Shown: in pieces, positions 62,801 to 64,000 of the stretch | How the letters are laid out: each line of letters begins with the position of its first letter | How positions within the stretch are numbered: position 1 is the stretch's first letter | IMG/VR virus record: IMGVR_UViG_3300008113_000003 | Span: 62,001 to 126,000 of that record | Reading direction: 5' to 3' (one strand) | DNA: 64,000 bases | Notes under the pieces: model-generated | Seen by the model: only the letters and a program-made list of their open reading frames with translations | Databases searched by the model: none | What the model was told of the DNA's origin: nothing | Position numbers and translations under genes: made by a program

Positions 62801-64000
62801 CCCTAAGAGTTTTATTAGGTCTTCTAGAATCTTTTTCAGCACCATCTGGGTGAAAAAGTAAATGTATTAATAAGGCGGCAAAATCTGATAAAACTACGTT
62901 ACCATTTTTTGCGTTTAAATTATTAACAGTACATAAGTCTTTTATTAATGTAAAAAAATAATCTGTTGTAATATAACCGCCAAGATAATTAGCTTTAATT
63001 TTTGACAGCATTAAAAAAAACTCCGTTTTTTTGGGTGATTTTGAAAATACAAAATTAGTGTCAAACGTAATTGTTTTTGTTAATGTATCTAAAGCAGCTT
63101 TTATCCCATTAAGATCGTGTTGGATTGTGGTTCCATAACTATTGTATGAAGCTAAGAAATTAATTTGTGTATCATTGTATGTTTTAAATGTTTTTAGATT
63201 ACCTTTAAAATTACCGATAATATGGTATGGTATACCGTTATCATTTAAATTAGTACCCTCATCTGTTTGTCCATCAAGACCTTCATTAAAGAAAAAATAT
63301 GACATCGCATTCATATAATTATTTAATACACCGTACCCACTAAAAGGTATGTGTGATGCGATATTATTATTTAAAGATATATAGGTATTAAGATTATAAT
63401 CGTAATATTTTTCTCTATAATTTTTACTTATATTAGTTTTACTGAAAGAATCGCTACCATTACTAACCGAATCATCAATATGTCTTGGTGTGATTGGTTT
63501 AACAAAAGGTGCTGTTGCTAATATAAGATTTTTATCGTCATACACATACGAACCATAATGTTTATTTTTTATGATCGGGTCATCAAATAAATCATAACCG
63601 TTTTTTGCTTTTAAACCATTTATTAAATCAAGATCGATTTTAGTGTCTTTTTCATAATCATTATAGTAATAAAAATCATACATACCACCAATATATAATA
63701 TTGTGTGTATCGGTAGTTCAACTAAACCTTGTGTTGTTTTAAACGCTGTTGATAAAAATTTAAGATCTAATGGCCCACCCACGTTAGATGGGCAAGAAAT
63801 ATGTCTTAAAAACATTTGGCTGCTTTTAAAAAATTTACCTGTATTAATTTCTTTTACGATATTTTGTGCAAAAATAGCGTGGTTATTAGGTGTATTAAAA
63901 CCTAAAGTACTACCATCTGCATCATCTCTTTCTTTTTTAAGTGTATCAAAAGTTCCATCAATAGTTTCCCCTGTAACACTACTCATCATAGCGTTTATAT
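56820..64000 (-). CDS. giant baseplate hub / tail-associated lysin (>2389 aa, 5' truncated): gp27/VgrG-like segment, M23 peptidase and tail lysozyme
   Basis: The frame stays open to the window edge. YSCTVTSLGN..IQP...GTYWITNVSHKI (hub-like); M23 HQGID...YGH...HLHFE; Phage_lysozyme2-like AAALGNIHKETGG...GLIQW. Confidence 0.82.
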   Translation of the reverse strand, partial: INAMMSSVTGETIDGTFDTLKKERDDADGSTLGFNTPNNHAIFAQNIVKEINTGKFFKSSQMFLRHISCPSNVGGPLDLKFLSTAFKTTQGLVELPIHTILYIGGMYDFYYYNDYEKDTKIDLDLINGLKAKNGYDLFDDPIIKNKHYGSYVYDDKNLILATAPFVKPITPRHIDDSVSNGSDSFSKTNISKNYREKYYDYNLNTYISLNNNIASHIPFSGYGVLNNYMNAMSYFFFNEGLDGQTDEGTNLNDNGIPYHIIGNFKGNLKTFKTYNDTQINFLASYNSYGTTIQHDLNGIKAALDTLTKTITFDTNFVFSKSPKKTEFFLMLSKIKANYLGGYITTDYFFTLIKDLCTVNNLNAKNGNVVLSDFAALLIHLLFHPDGAEKDSRRPNKTLRVLSLYDVDPNSFMPVIAHGTNVFLQLTDFLSNILTATTEKQHEQIGLLLLSIWSKEFNTEKSSKLSSLDKQGTYVVYPSCGGEIGVKELFSNKNYTYHKTNNVSTIIGSNDLVDPYVTGLTISSFTNYDDINNDLLGVLNFNYKTFYDYLPNNVSINTIYSEFLDQKALTSALKYSQKRTIPNSISDNDNFFLPKYNQIVYNDGLTTLNITNPMVTSNLDRYDDLYIIGNTTDPSAIKELNFNNKSLVYNTSKLFWFDQTRSIFPNTNVYRSQKGQHLKDIKVIDYFETLQYGYGDNVKQLYEWGDPLNEDLSIRDYSKYQTDTSLYQETYTESLDGIVDIFGFDKLEDFRALFKNFADTNTKNYFTQAFDTFNFQSLIKHTNIFGYSNLPETLTLDRAYTREEISALLCGYSGYFIEFASKNDISKILNYALTIGQENKAKIVIDEFMNSKITINNYTTTGSLYVDNTGENPEGLRLNSNIFNPIIMYASETRTADSIISKVDYRLLFRTLLFGDQPVSPYDIKTIPGNYNELITKYLGLYYIGGVEPTVSKTLLPELVRVFFITLNIEITEGNLKLLMPYIKNYIGDIFSQQDLLYRNRINSTMFGYDSSFNNATIFPSAEGATNKIYDWTLNQYVVTEKIVNGVLTKVGEVKYFYNTFDEIKAVEKLKEFIEYTNKNILTKQIEAFNTGLKKFSELSKTKIDGLDKLADSKNVDEYNEELTKSQIELRTGTYYRIKTLYDRSVSFNEIDLNDQRLIKKTSKDLAQISVNDILNHPLFFNFNVETDDTDYENCVDKRITPDVTEGKLKDLYDYAMVIDRGNNPYGSKVLANIDALKKVIADDLKNVTQVDNTLRSKSMWSVLSTLASDHEFLLLPLTSYVNLNGAIAESQDPFEVAHDMFGVFNNLEMFDSNPAFIFQLGSLTSNVSAGNKQKKNNLSEFDLSNTFCLDIETSQLGTDNQGIILDEGIPNDILNSNVSSFIVDFGNKNQNMFQNIQLSTDEFANTEESIFTQVNLASPENVAQLSSGKLFTAMENRSYSCTVTSLGNAGIQPLTYFYVKNVPLFYGTYWITNVSHKITANTMTTTFKGVRQPISKKPTANTSILAQLLRTAEINAEASGYVDPNNRVPVDTDGQVYAYNNRASVAGGTDNGFALFSQAESGGKYVNYSGQWIAASYLNLMTNGDQNNKLLIKALIAYLYNNASLLAGSQEPAEAVKYFADIVVYDMFVKLGIGRSISNLLKTYPTSGNEYEQILLEFSQKPLAEVATYLAQDQPLKGVKTTLITSQTDGIVGDDATLPKVTFPKDIEIPSNYSEQSKNDFLGASYWVSGKVKNNFQELQGFSTYNLTNIVFKTTGSMFPDGNHNGSIEETFSTVQIQPNSGGLSSIWSINVNPKLYVENGDIIFVDVYTPYTTPDGYPTKIVNGISRYKLIQVIPDYKAWLNTNLTQNDKTRITNAYNAGNDIVLLPFDTSKITNGKVGEKYFVVLRYGKAPFIPKIHEDARLKYNRSVIGVTSGNSPILNSNNFFANVDKKPPVVLGFGTVSGQTSPLSGEFIYNASYSDPYLPAGRGTDETTYQADVLGAISDGKSYVSFIAISTEDQLKSTEAKDRTIKSYINSSVRGTKEAPQDWTVLDKDITSDQIYVPPAKRFVDGTKRKISSWVDPLAKIVPTSGFGNRTAPATGASEFHQGIDLDAAVGTTVYSVLNGNVVFAGDKESSGFGKLVIIAHREHNISTLYGHISEPKTTQGANVKAGDVIAKSGKEGIGTGPHLHFEVRTGIATDYSSYFGLTAIDPKPYLVFGGSSPDKKTIGSAETEANKVEIKNYLKDRGWSKIEVAAALGNIHKETGGTFNPLIESGADVINGKNNVGLIQWNNKTFDTVGSTVTAQLNYLLEGGWKRNTDNFRAQLKTEIPTIKYDLSVAGSNVTGLSSDELQAYVAAYIFAWKVEVCYGCNVGWDKYHIKDRGILPAGRSTFAVDYFKRMNTSSDNLKW

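Noticed and set aside
1-64000. Stop-codon reassignment, as in some Bacteroidota phages
   Set aside because: Genes up to 8 kb are intact under the standard code and coding density is near complete. TAG is rare as a stop but does not interrupt genes.
1-64000. tRNA, rRNA, IS/transposase, integrase, reverse transcriptase/DGR
   Set aside because: Intergenic gaps are all under ~100 bp with no cloverleaf, and no catalytic motifs or TR/VR-like repeat pairs were recognised.

Overview
This is a 64-kb AT-rich, densely coding fragment of a large myovirus-type (probably jumbo) dsDNA bacteriophage; nearly all genes are on the minus strand. The host is inferred to be Bacteroidota, from TTTG-N20-TAnnTTTG promoters, no Shine-Dalgarno motifs, a short Bacteroidota-type RpoD, a DUF6576-like motif and D-S/T-hydrophobic sequons in exported proteins. 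From right to left it holds: a 5'-truncated giant baseplate-hub protein with M23 and tail-lysozyme domains; a replication block (gp32-like SSB, RecA/UvsX, 5'-3' exonuclease, DnaB-like helicase, NrdB, NrdA); a ~25-kb baseplate/tail block (gp25-like, gp6-like, a 2672-aa wedge/receptor-binding protein, tail-collar-like paralogues); a recombination block (RuvC, primase, PD-(D/E)XK nuclease, SbcD, SbcC) ending in a phage sigma70; a membrane/lysis-like cluster with an ArdC-like protein and a degenerate amidase; acidic putative head proteins; a cytidylyltransferase and a methyltransferase; and a 3'-truncated DUF2828/vWA gene that the ORF track missed. The main unexplained signals are (i) a strongly enriched [S/T]-G-x-T motif in tail/baseplate proteins, (ii) an orientation-locked TATTTAT(A/T) upstream motif, the reverse complement of the T4 late promoter, that coexists with host-type promoters, (iii) a family of unrelated proteins with shared [ILV]-x-E-rich terminal tags, and (iv) a tail-collar fold apparently split across genes. 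No tRNA, rRNA, CRISPR, intron, intein or IS element was recognised. All family assignments come from motif recognition by eye; no searches were run.
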